This document shows, in pieces, positions 63,991 to 64,000 of a DNA stretch of 64,000 bases. The stretch lies in NCBI RefSeq assembly GCF_006345805.1, contig NC_043001.1, positions 90,892,001-90,956,000 on the forward strand, in the 5' to 3' direction. The translations under genes were made by a program, and so were the position numbers. Under the pieces are notes generated by a model. The model had not been told where the DNA came from, did not search any database, and worked only from the letters and a program-made list of their open reading frames with translations. The first letter of the stretch is position 1. Every line of letters starts with the position of its first letter. Source of the stretch: Octopus sinensis (Eukaryota).

Positions 63991-64000
63991 TGTATGTATG
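63960..64000. repeat. (TATG)n microsatellite
   Basis: Direct inspection. Confidence 0.95.

Overview
AT-rich, repeat-dense eukaryotic DNA. The SINE, RTE-LINE and microsatellite content resembles an octopus or other coleoid cephalopod (inference from recalled repeat families). The only protein-coding gene I can support is the 3' part of a + strand gene, rebuilt by hand as 12 GT-AG exons (2984-27405) with consistent splice phases, giving 608 codons plus a stop; its start lies upstream of the window. The product has a divergent START-like domain, a Ser/acidic linker with an RSASVP (14-3-3-type) motif, and a clear C-terminal START lipid-transfer domain resembling the STARD9 type, so it appears to be a tandem-START protein. 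The rest is intron or intergenic DNA full of transposon relics: Helitron, RTE and CR1/Jockey-like LINEs, tRNA-derived SINEs, hAT, piggyBac-like and mariner MITEs, a Chapaev-type transposase relic and Penelope-like remnants. The most unusual non-coding features are a minimal hammerhead-ribozyme fold in a 390-nt unit beside a perfect 68-bp palindrome (47.2-47.7 kb), inverted LINE and SINE pairs around small exons, three near-perfect microsatellite-bounded tandem duplications, and an apparent rise in CpG content near 54 kb. Almost all ORFs in the supplied track are repeat artefacts. No rRNA, true tRNA or CRISPR array was seen. Repeat boundaries are approximate unless a TSD or terminal repeat is cited.
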